A stretch of 64,000 nucleotides of DNA from Candidatus Kuenenia sp. (GTDB lineage Bacteria; Planctomycetota; Planctomycetia; Pirellulales; UBA1268), in the NCBI GenBank assembly GCA_038144795.1, contig JAYQOK010000001.1, forward strand, positions 2,085 to 66,084. The letters run 5' to 3'. Under the pieces are notes generated by a model. That model was not told where the DNA came from, ran no database searches, and saw only the letters and a program-made list of their open reading frames with translations. Positions within the stretch are counted from its first letter, which is position 1, and each line of letters begins with the position of its first letter. Position numbers and translations under genes: made by a program. Shown piece by piece: positions 1 through 9,908 of the stretch.

Positions 1-12
1 ACGTGGTCCGCC

Positions 13-1194
13 TCATGGCGCGAAGCGGTGGACCATAGTGTGCCGGTAGACCTGCCCCGGGTCGAGTCGTTGCGTCGGCCACTCCGGGTGGTGAGCTGAA
101 TCGGGATAGGTCTGCGTCTCGAGGCAGATGGCTGCATGCTTGGCATACACAGCCCCGCCCTTGCCCGTCAGCGAACCATCGAGAAAGTTGCCGGTGTAGA
201 CCTGGATGCCGGGCTGGTCGGTGAGGATGCTCATCGCCCGACCACTGGCCGGATCGCGAAGCAGGGCGGCCGGCCGAAGGCCGCCGTCGGGATGCCAGCC
301 ACGAATCACAAAATTATGGTCGATGCCACCGGGGTTTTTCCCGTTATCGCTCGGAGGGAGGAGGCCGATCCGTTCACCAAGCCGCACGGCCACGCCTCGA
401 TCGGGCCGCAGGTCGAACGGCGTGCCCTCCACGGCAGCGATGTCACCAGTGGGGATGCCACCGGCATCGACCGGCAGATAGCGGTCGGCGAAAACGGTGA
501 GTTCCTGGTCGTGGATCGTGCCCGCGGCCTGCCCGGCAAGGTTCCAATATGAATGGTGCACGATGTTCACGAGCGTGGGAGCGTCGGTCGTGGCCTCCAT
601 CTCCACCCACAGTTCACCGTCGCGGGTCAAGCGATAGGTGGCGCGACCAGTGAGCCTGCCGGGATAGCCTTCATCACCAGCGGGTGAAACGACCTCGAAC
701 GTGACTGCCGGTCCAGTGGGATCGACCCGCGGCATCCCCTTCCAAAGCAGCTTGTCGAAACCGACGGTGCCACCGTGGAGATGATGCGGGCCGTTGTTGG
801 CGGCGAGTTGATAGTCCTTGCCGTCGAGCGTGAATCGCGCTCCGGCGATGCGGTTGGCCACGCGGCCGCAGATCGCCCCAAAGTAGGGATGGCCCTTCAG
901 ATAGCCGTCGACCGCATCGAAGCCGAGGACCACGTCGACCGTTTTCCCCGGCTCGCCGCGCACCGGCACATGCAGGCTCGTGAGGATCGCTCCATAGTCA
1001 GTGATCGTTGCCTGCCAGCCACCGGGCACAGTGAGCGTGTAGAGGTGCGCCTCGCGACCATCGAGGAGGTTACCGAAGGCACGCACCGTCGGCGGAGGGA
1101 TCACGGCAGGTTCAGACACAGAGCGTTCTCCAGAAAACGCCGGGGCACCGATCATGGTCCCCACCAGCACGACACAAAGCACGACACGGTTCAT
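13..1194 (-). CDS. galM: aldose 1-epimerase (galactose mutarotase), signal-peptide bearing
   Basis: ORF 13..1239. Motifs GFDAVDGYLKGHPYFGAICGRVANRI and NNGPHHLHGG are typical of the aldose 1-epimerase family. Start moved to Met16 (MNRVVLCVVLVG..., signal-like). Confidence 0.85.
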   Translation of the reverse strand: MNRVVLCVVLVGTMIGAPAFSGERSVSEPAVIPPPTVRAFGNLLDGREAHLYTLTVPGGWQATITDYGAILTSLHVPVRGEPGKTVDVVLGFDAVDGYLKGHPYFGAICGRVANRIAGARFTLDGKDYQLAANNGPHHLHGGTVGFDKLLWKGMPRVDPTGPAVTFEVVSPAGDEGYPGRLTGRATYRLTRDGELWVEMEATTDAPTLVNIVHHSYWNLAGQAAGTIHDQELTVFADRYLPVDAGGIPTGDIAAVEGTPFDLRPDRGVAVRLGERIGLLPPSDNGKNPGGIDHNFVIRGWHPDGGLRPAALLRDPASGRAMSILTDQPGIQVYTGNFLDGSLTGKGGAVYAKHAAICLETQTYPDSAHHPEWPTQRLDPGQVYRHTMVHRFAP

Positions 1195-1235
1195 CAATAC
1201 GCCTCCCAAGGGTGGAGCCGTATTGTACGCAAACC

Positions 1236-1730
1236 TCAAGCGGCCCGCTTCTGCTGGCCGCCGCTACCCCGGGCCGCCCCGCCCCCGGCTTCCGCCTCTT
1301 CGCGGCGGGCCTCGATCCAGCCGTCCACGCTCCACGGCCCACCGCCGAAGGCCATTAGCCCGAAGAGGCCACCGCAGATGGCAAGGTTTTTCATGAAGTG
1401 AATCACCTGCGCCTCCCGGTCAGCCGGGTTGGCAAACGTCCAGAAGTCGTGGAAATAAAACGTGGCCGCCGCCAGAAAGATGGCGAGGAAGCCAGCCCCC
1501 ATCCGTGTCCACGCGCCGGCTGCCAGTGACAGGCTGCCGATGAGGATCAGGCCGATCGCGCCAAAGAGCATCAGCCGCGGATTAGGAATGCCCTGCGAGT
1601 GCATCATCATCGCTGTCTCGGTAAACCGCGGCACCTTGCTGCCGAGCGTGCTGACCAGGAAGACCGCCACCATCATCAGCCGCGCGAGCAACGCCATCAG
1701 TCCTTGCGCCGCATGTGCCATTTGTTCCAT
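1236..1730 (-). CDS. DoxX family membrane protein
   Basis: ORF 1236..1817. Four hydrophobic helices and a FYFHDFW...HFMKNLAICGG pattern typical of DoxX. Start moved to Met30 (MEQMAHAAQG). Confidence 0.7.
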   Translation of the reverse strand: MEQMAHAAQGLMALLARLMMVAVFLVSTLGSKVPRFTETAMMMHSQGIPNPRLMLFGAIGLILIGSLSLAAGAWTRMGAGFLAIFLAAATFYFHDFWTFANPADREAQVIHFMKNLAICGGLFGLMAFGGGPWSVDGWIEARREEAEAGGGAARGSGGQQKRAA

Positions 1731-1838
1731 AACTACGATCCCTCCACAAACATCCCGGCAGGCAGCCGAGGGACGAGGCGGGATGGTCGCGAACCACCCC
1801 GCTTCAGGCAAGGCCAAAAGCCCCCTGCTTTTCCCGGC

Positions 1839-2882
1839 TTACGCCCGCCACGCCGGCTGGTCACGGGTGATGCAGTGGAGGGCCCCGCGGCCGCGGACGA
1901 GCTCACGGCAGTCGACCGGCTCGATACGGCGGCCCGGAAAGCATTCGGCGAGGAGCCGCACCGCCGGCTCGTCGGTCGCCCCGTGAAACACCGGCACCAG
2001 CACAATGCCGCTGGCCACATAGAAGTTAAGATGGCTTGCCGGGAGTTGTACGCCATCAAATGAAAAGTGGGCCGGGATGTCGATCGGCGTCACGTCGAGC
2101 GGTCGGCCACGGGCATCGGTTGCCGCGCGGAGCGACGCTAGGTTTTGTTCGAGCGAAGCATGGTTGGGATCGCTCGCGTCGGGTTGCCGGGCGGCGACGA
2201 CGTGCCCCGGCGCCACAAACCGGGCGAGCTGATCGATGTGGCCGTCGGTGTCGTCGCCCGCCAATTCACCGCCGAGCCAGATCACCTTCTCGACGCCGAG
2301 CTGCTCGATCAGGATCTGCCCCATCGCCTCCCGCCCCAGGCCGGAATTCCGTTTGTCATCGACGATACATCGCTCATTGACCAGCAGCGTGCCCGCGCCA
2401 TCGGTTTCGATCGCACCTCCCTCGAGCACCAAACCCGGCTCGAACACGGGCAGGCCGGCCCGCGCGGCAATCGTCTCAGCCACGCGAGCATCGTCGTCCC
2501 ACGGCGGATACTTGCCGCCCCACGCATTCCAGTCCCAGGCCACCGCCGCCGCCGGGAGGGGGCAGTCGCCACGCGGCAGAAGAAACACCGGGCCGGTATC
2601 CCGCAACCATGAATCATTCGTGGGGATATCGAGGCACTCGACATTCTCGACGTCACCAACATGCCGCCGCGCCTCCTCAAGCGCGGCGCCCGATGCGATC
2701 ACGTTCACCGGCTCATGCGGCGCAACAAGTTTTGCCACCCGCTCAAACACTTCCGGAATCGGCGCGAAGTCTCCGAGCCAGGTCGCCCGGCGGTGCGGCC
2801 AGGCCAGCCAGGTAGCCGCATGCGGCTCCCATTCAGCCGGCAAACGGTAGCCGAGTTCGGCAGGCGTGGGGGCTGCTGCCAT
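1839..2882 (-). CDS. aguA: agmatine deiminase
   Basis: ORF 1839..3014. N-terminal GYRLPAEWEPHAATWLAWPH and C-terminal GALHCITRDQP (catalytic Cys) are hallmarks. Start at Met45 lies 1 nt downstream of the aguB stop codon (2884..2886). Confidence 0.9.
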   Translation of the reverse strand: MAAAPTPAELGYRLPAEWEPHAATWLAWPHRRATWLGDFAPIPEVFERVAKLVAPHEPVNVIASGAALEEARRHVGDVENVECLDIPTNDSWLRDTGPVFLLPRGDCPLPAAAVAWDWNAWGGKYPPWDDDARVAETIAARAGLPVFEPGLVLEGGAIETDGAGTLLVNERCIVDDKRNSGLGREAMGQILIEQLGVEKVIWLGGELAGDDTDGHIDQLARFVAPGHVVAARQPDASDPNHASLEQNLASLRAATDARGRPLDVTPIDIPAHFSFDGVQLPASHLNFYVASGIVLVPVFHGATDEPAVRLLAECFPGRRIEPVDCRELVRGRGALHCITRDQPAWRA

Positions 2883-2883
2883 C

Positions 2884-3762
2884 TCAGGCTCCCCAACGGT
2901 TCTGGAGGTCTCCGTAGAAGTCGATCCGCCGGTCACGAAAGAAGGGCCATCGCGTTCGCGACCATTCGATCCGGCCGAGGTCACACTCGACAACCAGCGT
3001 CTCGGGAGCATCATGCCCCGCCTTCGCGATCAGCTCGCCATTCGGTGCATAGACCACGCTCGCCCCCCAAAACCGCAGCGCCCCCTCGCGGCCGGCGCGA
3101 TTCACCGCCACCACAAACACGCCGTTGGCGATCGCGTGGCTGCGGAGCATCGTGTCCCAGGCTTCATACTGCTCGTGGTGCAGGGCTTCTTCCCCATCGA
3201 GCCAGCCGATCGCCGTCGGGTAGAAGAGCACCTCGGCCCCGGCCATCGCTGTGAGCCGCGCCGCCTCGGGATACCACTGGTCCCAGCAGACGAGCGGGCC
3301 CACCTGCAGCAGGCTTGTCGGCACACTCATGAAGCCGGTGTCGCCGGGCGCAAAATAAAACTTCTCGTAGTAATGAGGATCGTCGGGGATGTGCATCTTG
3401 CGGTAGATGCCCGCCACGGAGCCATCGGTCTCGAAGATGACGGACGTATTGTGGAAAAGGCCGTGGCCCCGTCGCTCAAACACGCTTCCCACCACGACGA
3501 CCGCATGCTCCCGCGCCGCCGCGGTGAGCCTGTCAGTAAGCGGCCCCGGCACGGACTCCGCCTCGGCAAACTTTTCGTGATCCTCGCTCTGACAGGGATA
3601 CTCGCCGGCGAAGAGCTCCTGTAGGCAGACGACCTCGGCCCCCTGCGCCTTCGCCGCCGCAATGCCGGCCAAGGCCTGGGCGATGTTGGCCTCGCGGTCG
3701 CTCGTGCAGGCCGACTGCACGAGCCCCACCCGCACCACCCGTCGGCCGGTCGCGGCCGCCAT
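2884..3762 (-). CDS. aguB: N-carbamoylputrescine amidase (carbon-nitrogen hydrolase family)
   Basis: ORF 2884..3762. Nitrilase-superfamily pattern (VVCLQELF..., LVCWDQWYPEAAR with catalytic Cys). Adjacent to aguA. Its ATG shares 1 nt with the glyA TGA (TGATG). Confidence 0.85.
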   Translation of the reverse strand: MAAATGRRVVRVGLVQSACTSDREANIAQALAGIAAAKAQGAEVVCLQELFAGEYPCQSEDHEKFAEAESVPGPLTDRLTAAAREHAVVVVGSVFERRGHGLFHNTSVIFETDGSVAGIYRKMHIPDDPHYYEKFYFAPGDTGFMSVPTSLLQVGPLVCWDQWYPEAARLTAMAGAEVLFYPTAIGWLDGEEALHHEQYEAWDTMLRSHAIANGVFVVAVNRAGREGALRFWGASVVYAPNGELIAKAGHDAPETLVVECDLGRIEWSRTRWPFFRDRRIDFYGDLQNRWGA

Positions 3763-5045
3763 CAGGCCACCGGCTCCAAGAGCCGCGCCGCCGGCACGGG
3801 AAACTGCTCGGCCAATTCGGCCACCTCTCGCTTGGTCGTCTCCACGAGCGTGGCGTCGTCGGCGTTCTTGAGTACCCGCAGAATCCAGTCGGCGATCCGC
3901 TTCATCTCATCGGCACTCATGCCCCGCGTCGTCAGAGCGGGCGTGCCGAGCCGGATGCCGGAGGGATCCATCGGCTTCCGCTCGTCATAGGGAATCATGT
4001 TTTTGTTGCAGGTGATGCCGCAGCGGTCGAGCGTCTCCTCAGCCAGCTTGCCGCCGACGCCCAGCGGCGTCACATCGACCAGCATGAGGTGGGTGTCGGT
4101 GCCACCGCTGACGAGTTTCACGCCGCCGGCGGCCAGCGCCCCCGCCAGCGCCCGGGCGTTCTCGACCACCTGCACGGCATAGGCCTTGAACTCCGGCCGC
4201 AACGCCTCGGCGAAGGCCACCGCCTTGCCCGCGATCACATGCATCAGCGGGCCACCCTGCGTGCCGGGGAAGACGGCGCGGTCGAGCGCCTTGGAATCGG
4301 CCTCGCGGCACATCGCCACGCCACCGCGGGGCCCGCGGAGCGTCTTATGCGTGGTGCTCGTGACGAAGTCGGCCACGGCCACGGGATTGTTGTAGATCCC
4401 GGCCGCGACGAGGCCGGCGTAGTGGGCCATATCGACAAGTAGTTTCGCCCCCACCTCGCGGGCGATCTCGGCGAACGTGCCATGGGGTATCTCCCGCGGA
4501 TAGGCGCTCGCACCGGCCACGATCATCTTCGGCTTGTACTCGCGGGCGAGCCGGGCCACCTGATCGAAGTCGAGGAGATGGTCGTCGCGGCGGACGCCGT
4601 AGTGCACGAAGTTGTAAAGAATGCCGGAGCTGTTGAGCTTCATGCCGTGGGTGAGGTGGCCGCCGTGGGCGAGGTCGAAGGCGAGCACAGTGTCGCCCGC
4701 CTGCAGCGACGCAAGATACACAGCCGCGTTGGCCTGGCTGCCTGAATGGGGCTGCACGTTGGCATGCTCAGCGCCGAAGAGGGCCTTGAGCCGGTCACGG
4801 GCGAGATCCTCGACCTTGTCGACAAATTCGCAGCCACCGTAGTAGCGGCGACCGGGATAGCCCTCGGCGTACTTATTGGTGAGCACGCTCCCCACAGCCT
4901 GCATCACGGCGGGGCTGGTGAAGTTTTCGCTGGCGATCATCTCCAGGCCCTCGGCCTGGCGGGTCTGCTCAGCGGCGATCGCCGACCACACCTCGGGATC
5001 TTCCTGCTCCACAAAATTCGGCACGGCCTGCTGGCTGGATTGCAC
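3762..5045 (-). CDS. glyA: serine hydroxymethyltransferase
   Basis: ORF 3762..5114. [38 protein letters not shown] and the [15 protein letters not shown]-lysine motif. Preferred start is the GTG at codon 24 of the tracked ORF, preceded by GGAGG plus a 6-nt spacer. Confidence 0.93.
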   Translation of the reverse strand: MQSSQQAVPNFVEQEDPEVWSAIAAEQTRQAEGLEMIASENFTSPAVMQAVGSVLTNKYAEGYPGRRYYGGCEFVDKVEDLARDRLKALFGAEHANVQPHSGSQANAAVYLASLQAGDTVLAFDLAHGGHLTHGMKLNSSGILYNFVHYGVRRDDHLLDFDQVARLAREYKPKMIVAGASAYPREIPHGTFAEIAREVGAKLLVDMAHYAGLVAAGIYNNPVAVADFVTSTTHKTLRGPRGGVAMCREADSKALDRAVFPGTQGGPLMHVIAGKAVAFAEALRPEFKAYAVQVVENARALAGALAAGGVKLVSGGTDTHLMLVDVTPLGVGGKLAEETLDRCGITCNKNMIPYDERKPMDPSGIRLGTPALTTRGMSADEMKRIADWILRVLKNADDATLVETTKREVAELAEQFPVPAARLLEPVA

Positions 5046-5110
5046 GGCGATCCTCCATGGGGTGAACGGTTGCGATCGGACCTCAATTGTCAGCGAGGCT
5101 GCCAACAGCG

Positions 5111-6010
5111 TCAACGAGCGGGTGGCTTCGCCCTACCCCGCGGAAACTCCACCAGCGGCGCAAGGTCGCGGAGAGTCGCAGCACCGATACCCGGCACGCG
5201 GTCGAGATCGGACAGCTTGGCATAGGGCCGGCCCTCGATGATCCGGTTGGCCAGCGCCTCGCCCACGCCCGGCAGCCGCATGAGATCATCCCGCGAGGCG
5301 GTGTTCGGATCGATCCGCGTGCCCGGTGGCAGCGTGCCACCGTCAACAGCCTGTTGCAGGTCGCGGGCCTCGTCCCGCTCCAGCCGCCGCTCCTCCGGCA
5401 ACTGATCCCAGTCGGTGAAGGCCCAAATGCCGCGGCCGCGGGTTGCGGCCTGCAACTCAAGATCCCGCAACTGCTCGCGGTAGTCATCGGCTGGTTCACC
5501 AGCGAGCGTGCTGCGGCTCACGCCAAACGCACGGGCCAGCCCGTGTGACACGAGATGCGCGGCAAGATCATAGCCATCGGCATCGAATACAAAGGCATAG
5601 ATTCGTTTGAAGCGACCGTCGCCCCGGCCGTCGGCGAAGCTCGTATGGATCGTGAAGGGCCCGCGTTCAAGAAAAGACCGTGTGGCAACTGTGGCGACCG
5701 CAGCCTGTTCCTTCGCGAATGCGATCGAGTCGGCCGCCGTCGCGCGAACCTGGGTGATCCCGAAATACCGTCGCTGGCTGCGGAGCCGACGGGCGTCGGT
5801 TTCGCCGCTCACATGCTGCTCCACGCAGTCGACGCCGTAGAGCCGCACCGTATGCTCCTCGCCGTCGGGAGTGCGGATGCGAAAACTGTCGCCATCTGCC
5901 CAGTCGGTCGGCACGAGCCTACAGCCCCCGATCGCCACCAGATCGGCCGCCATCAGCGGCCCGGCCGCTACCGTGCCGAGCACCATGACGAGCCAGCGCA
6001 CATGCCACAT
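5111..6010 (-). CDS. secreted thermonuclease (SNase)-like domain fused to a C-terminal ComEA-type helix-hairpin-helix DNA-binding domain
   Basis: ORF 5111..6208, start moved to Met67 ([21 protein letters not shown], signal-like). [26 protein letters not shown] and [16 protein letters not shown] resemble SNase. [31 protein letters not shown]...IPGIGAATL is a ComEA-like HhH pair. Confidence 0.6.
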   Translation of the reverse strand: MWHVRWLVMVLGTVAAGPLMAADLVAIGGCRLVPTDWADGDSFRIRTPDGEEHTVRLYGVDCVEQHVSGETDARRLRSQRRYFGITQVRATAADSIAFAKEQAAVATVATRSFLERGPFTIHTSFADGRGDGRFKRIYAFVFDADGYDLAAHLVSHGLARAFGVSRSTLAGEPADDYREQLRDLELQAATRGRGIWAFTDWDQLPEERRLERDEARDLQQAVDGGTLPPGTRIDPNTASRDDLMRLPGVGEALANRIIEGRPYAKLSDLDRVPGIGAATLRDLAPLVEFPRGRAKPPAR

Positions 6011-6129
6011 GAATGAAGTCCCGCGTGAAAACGATTTTAAAACGTTTCGCGTGCTCCTGAGCATACCCTGACCACAGCAGGGGCGACGATCGCTTCCTGT
6101 GCGCGGGAAGCAGCGGGTATTCTCTCGCC

Positions 6130-7785
6130 ATGGAAGCGACCGTCTGGACCCACGTGTACGACCCCTTGGGATCGCAGCCGCTCTCCACGCTCGTGGCACT
6201 GCTGCCACTGGCCGTGTTGCTCGGCCTGCTCGCCTTCGCCGGCTGGTCGGCGACGCGGGCCGCCGCTGCGGGGCTGGCTACGGCGCTGGCGATCGCCGTG
6301 AGCGTGGTCGGCATGCCAGCTGATGCCGCCGCCGCCGCGGCACTACATGGCGCCGCGTTCGGCCTCTTCCCGATCGGCTGGATCATTCTCAACGCCATGT
6401 TTCTCTACGCCCTCTCGGTCGAGGCCGGCGGGCTCGACGTGATGAAGCGGTCGGTCACGCGGCTCTCTGCCGACCACCGGGTGCAGGCGTTGCTCATCGC
6501 CTTTTCGTTCGGTGCCTTTCTCGAGGGGGCGGCTGGGTTTGGAGCGCCCGTCGCGATCTCGGCGGCGCTCCTGACCGGCGCCGGCTTTCCGGCGCTCGAG
6601 GCAGCCTGCATCGCCCTCATCGCCAACACGGCGCCGGTGGCCTTCGGCGCCCTCGGCACACCGATCCTCACGCTGGCCAAGGTGACCGGCCTCGACGTGC
6701 AGGCGATCTCGGCGCTGGCCGGCCGGCAGCTGCCCTTCTTCTCGCTCATCATTCCGGCCTGGATGGTCGTGGCGATGGCGGGCTGGCGGGGGCTTGTCGG
6801 CGTCTGGCCAGCGGTGCTCGTCTGCGGCGTATCGTTTGCCAGCGTGCAATTCGCGCTGGCCAACTTCGTGGGGCCGGCGCTGGTTGATGTCGTCGGCGGC
6901 ATCGCCAGCCTGGTGGCGATGGCAATCTTCCTGCGGGTCTGGCGGCCGCAGACGATCTGGCGGCATGGAGCCGTCGTCGACGATCCCGCGACAACGACGA
7001 TTGACCGCGAGCCGCACGACTCGGCCGGCCGCATCGCCTGGGCCTGGATGCCGTGGGCCTTTCTGTCGCTGGCCGTGTTTCTCTGGGGCCTGCCGTCTAT
7101 GAAGGCCACACTCGAAGTGGTCGCACCGCCGCCGGAGGTCCGCGTGCCACGGCTCGACGGCCGCGTCGCCAAGGTGCCGCCGGCCACCCGCGAGCCGCAG
7201 GAGATCGAGCGGGCTGTCTATCGCTTCAACTGGCTCTCGGCCGCCGGCACCGCGATCCTCGTGGCGGCACTGGTGTCGATCCCCTGGCTGGGCCTGTCGT
7301 GGCGACGCGCTGGCGCCATCTGGCTCATCACGCTCCGCCGGCTCACCGAATCGCTCACCACGATCGCCCTCATGCTGGCGCTCGCGTTCGTGACCCGCTA
7401 TTCCGGCACCGACGTCACGCTCGGGCTCGCGCTCACGCAAACCGGCGCGGCCTATGCCTTCTTCGCGCCGCTCTTGGGCTGGCTTGGCGTCGCCCTCACC
7501 GGCAGCGACACCTCAAGCAACGCGATGTTTGGCAGCCTCCAGCGGGTGACAGCTGAGCAGCTCGGGCTCAATCCGCTGCTCACGTGTACGGCCAACAGCA
7601 CCGGCGGCGTGATGGGCAAGATGATCGATGCCCAGAGCATCGTCGTGTCGGCGACGGCCACCGGCGTGCATCGCCAGGAGGGAGCAATCCTGCGGCGGGT
7701 CTTCCCTCACTCACTCGCCCTTGCTCTGCTGATGGGCGTGCTGGTTTGGCTCCAAGCTGGCCCACTCGCCTGGATGGTGCCGTAA
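6130..7785 (+). CDS. L-lactate/glycolate permease (LctP family)
   Basis: 551-aa polytopic membrane protein. FGLFPIGWIILNAMFLY and AFSFGAFLEGAAGFGAPVAI motifs are typical of the LctP family. Confidence 0.85.
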   Translation: MEATVWTHVYDPLGSQPLSTLVALLPLAVLLGLLAFAGWSATRAAAAGLATALAIAVSVVGMPADAAAAAALHGAAFGLFPIGWIILNAMFLYALSVEAGGLDVMKRSVTRLSADHRVQALLIAFSFGAFLEGAAGFGAPVAISAALLTGAGFPALEAACIALIANTAPVAFGALGTPILTLAKVTGLDVQAISALAGRQLPFFSLIIPAWMVVAMAGWRGLVGVWPAVLVCGVSFASVQFALANFVGPALVDVVGGIASLVAMAIFLRVWRPQTIWRHGAVVDDPATTTIDREPHDSAGRIAWAWMPWAFLSLAVFLWGLPSMKATLEVVAPPPEVRVPRLDGRVAKVPPATREPQEIERAVYRFNWLSAAGTAILVAALVSIPWLGLSWRRAGAIWLITLRRLTESLTTIALMLALAFVTRYSGTDVTLGLALTQTGAAYAFFAPLLGWLGVALTGSDTSSNAMFGSLQRVTAEQLGLNPLLTCTANSTGGVMGKMIDAQSIVVSATATGVHRQEGAILRRVFPHSLALALLMGVLVWLQAGPLAWMVP

Positions 7786-7804
7786 AAAAACAGGAGATGC
7801 CACC

Positions 7805-9559
7805 ATGGCAGCCGACCTGATTCTCAAGGCTCTCACCATCATCACGATGGATGCCTCAGCCGCCCGTGCCGAAGCCGTGGCGATCGACACCAACTCCGGC
7901 AAGATCGCGGTTGTCGGCACCCTCGAGGCGTGCCAGCGGGCGGCTCCCGGTGCCCAGGTTCGGTATCTGGGAGAAGCCGTCCTCATGCCAGGATTCATTG
8001 ATCCTCACAGCCACCCGCTCCTTGGCGGAATCGTGACCCAGGAACCCGCCTTCTGGATATCGCCTTACCGCGGCTACGCGACCTTTGCCGATGTTGAGAC
8101 GTTGTGGCGGAAACTGGACGCCGAATTGCCACCAGGGCAGCCAGTGCTCTGCAACGGACTCGATCGATTATTGCAGGGAGCGCCGGAGTTGACGAACGTG
8201 CAGCTCAACTCGTACTTCCCCAAGCGACCGGCCCTGATCCTCGACAACTCCGGCCATGAAGTTTATTTCAACTCGGCCGTGATCACGCTCAACGGCTGGG
8301 CCAATGGCAAGCCGCCGGCCGATCCCGTGGGAGCACGCTTCGGCCGCAATGCCGACGGCACCTCCAACGGCCGCGCCTACGAAACGGCCGCGATCGTGGC
8401 GGCCTCCGTAAAGGCCATGAAGGCTGCCGTACCGCATCCCCTCCTTTCCGGCGCGCGGTGGTATGCCCTGATGGCACGGAATGGCATCACCGCCACCACG
8501 GAGCACACCTACGAATCATCGCTGCTGGCAGCATATGTCGCGCTGGCCGGAACGAAGGATTGTCCGCTGCGGCTCGCGCTCTACCACATGTCGATTGATC
8601 CGACGTGTGGCGAGAAGCTTTCGACGCCGATCCCTGAGGAGTTGCTTTGGAAGCAGGGAATCAAGCTCTGGGCAGACGGCTCTCCCTGGGTCGGCACGAT
8701 CGCCGCGTCATTTCCCTATCTCGATAACGAGACGACCCGGCGAGCGGAGATTCCACTCGGCCCGGCCGGGGAGACAATGCTCAACTATCCCCGCAGCAAG
8801 CTCGATGCGATTCTCGCACAGCATGCCCCGGAAGGCTGGCAGATGGCATTTCACGTCAACGGTGACGTGGGGCTTGATGTTGTTCTCGACGCTTACGAGC
8901 GGGCGTTGGCGTCATATCGGCTGGCGGGCACTGACCACCGTTGGCGGCTTGAGCACTGTGGAGCAGGACGGGGTGATCAGTTCACCCGCACTGCCCGCAT
9001 GGGGGTTGCTGTGTCACTTCTGCCCGCGCAGTTCATCTACTGGGGCGATCTGCTTGACGGCACGATGTTTGCGCCGGAGATCGGCAGTCAGTGGGTGCGG
9101 GCAGGCGATGCCGTGCGGGCGGGCGCGTCAGTTTCGTTTCACAACGACGGCTGCGTGAGCCCACCGATTCCGCTTTTGAACGTGCAGGCGATGGTGACAC
9201 GGCGAACGGCATCGGGACGGATTCATGCCGCCAATCAGGCAGTGACGCTGCATGACGCGTTACTGGCCCACACAGTGAATGCCGCCTTCCAGATCGGCCG
9301 GGATCATGATCTTGGCTCAATCGAGGCCGGGAAATGCGCCGACTTCGTGGAACTCTCCGCTGATCCCTTTGCGGTCGACGTGAATAAGCTCACCGATCTG
9401 GTGAAGGTCCATGGCACGTGGCGCGGGGGGCGGCGAATTGACCTCGACGGGTTTCTTGACCAAGTGAAGGCGATCGACCCGTCCGCCTACACAAAACTCG
9501 CGGAAAAAGCTGCTGGTAGACATGTCTGCTCGCACGGGGGACACGGCTGCGAACACTGA
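7805..9559 (+). CDS. amidohydrolase family protein (Amidohydro_3 / YtcJ-like metal-dependent hydrolase)
   Basis: 584 aa. LMPGFIDPHSHP metal-binding motif near the N-terminus, HVNGD and HCG/FHNDG motifs further on. AGGAG lies 10 nt upstream of the ATG. Confidence 0.8.
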   Translation: MAADLILKALTIITMDASAARAEAVAIDTNSGKIAVVGTLEACQRAAPGAQVRYLGEAVLMPGFIDPHSHPLLGGIVTQEPAFWISPYRGYATFADVETLWRKLDAELPPGQPVLCNGLDRLLQGAPELTNVQLNSYFPKRPALILDNSGHEVYFNSAVITLNGWANGKPPADPVGARFGRNADGTSNGRAYETAAIVAASVKAMKAAVPHPLLSGARWYALMARNGITATTEHTYESSLLAAYVALAGTKDCPLRLALYHMSIDPTCGEKLSTPIPEELLWKQGIKLWADGSPWVGTIAASFPYLDNETTRRAEIPLGPAGETMLNYPRSKLDAILAQHAPEGWQMAFHVNGDVGLDVVLDAYERALASYRLAGTDHRWRLEHCGAGRGDQFTRTARMGVAVSLLPAQFIYWGDLLDGTMFAPEIGSQWVRAGDAVRAGASVSFHNDGCVSPPIPLLNVQAMVTRRTASGRIHAANQAVTLHDALLAHTVNAAFQIGRDHDLGSIEAGKCADFVELSADPFAVDVNKLTDLVKVHGTWRGGRRIDLDGFLDQVKAIDPSAYTKLAEKAAGRHVCSHGGHGCEH

Positions 9560-9808
9560 ATGACGTGCCGATACCCCCGCGTTCCCTTTGCCGCCATGAA
9601 AAAACGCCGTCGCAAAACCCCCGTCGCTGACCCTGAGGCCACGTACATCTGTGACTCGTGTGGCGAAGAGATCGTCGTTCCAGTGGATATTTCGGCCGGC
9701 TCACACCAAGACTACGTCGAAGACTGTCCAGTCTGTTGCCATCCGATGTCACTGCATGTCGAAATAAATATTGATGGTGAGGCCTGTATCGACGGAGAAC
9801 ATGAATAG
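9560..9808 (+). CDS. CPXCG motif-containing cysteine-rich small protein
   Basis: ICDSCGEEI...YVEDCPVCCHPM matches the two Cys pairs of the CPXCG family. The ATG directly follows the amidohydrolase TGA (TGAATG). Alternative start at Met13 (9596). Confidence 0.6.
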   Translation: MTCRYPRVPFAAMKKRRRKTPVADPEATYICDSCGEEIVVPVDISAGSHQDYVEDCPVCCHPMSLHVEINIDGEACIDGEHE

Positions 9809-9908
9809 CCTAGCCCGGCGTTTTTCCGTTGCCGGAAGGCTGAGTGTCTCCGGCTGGCGTTCTGCGGTGTCTCGTGACACAAAGCCGCCAGCCTGCGTGG
9901 AGGAGCGG

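Noticed and set aside
6343-7440. 365-aa and 260-aa minus-strand ORFs inside the lactate permease gene.
   Set aside because: The plus-strand product is an unmistakable LctP-family polytopic permease. The antisense products are Arg/Asp/Gly-rich shadows.
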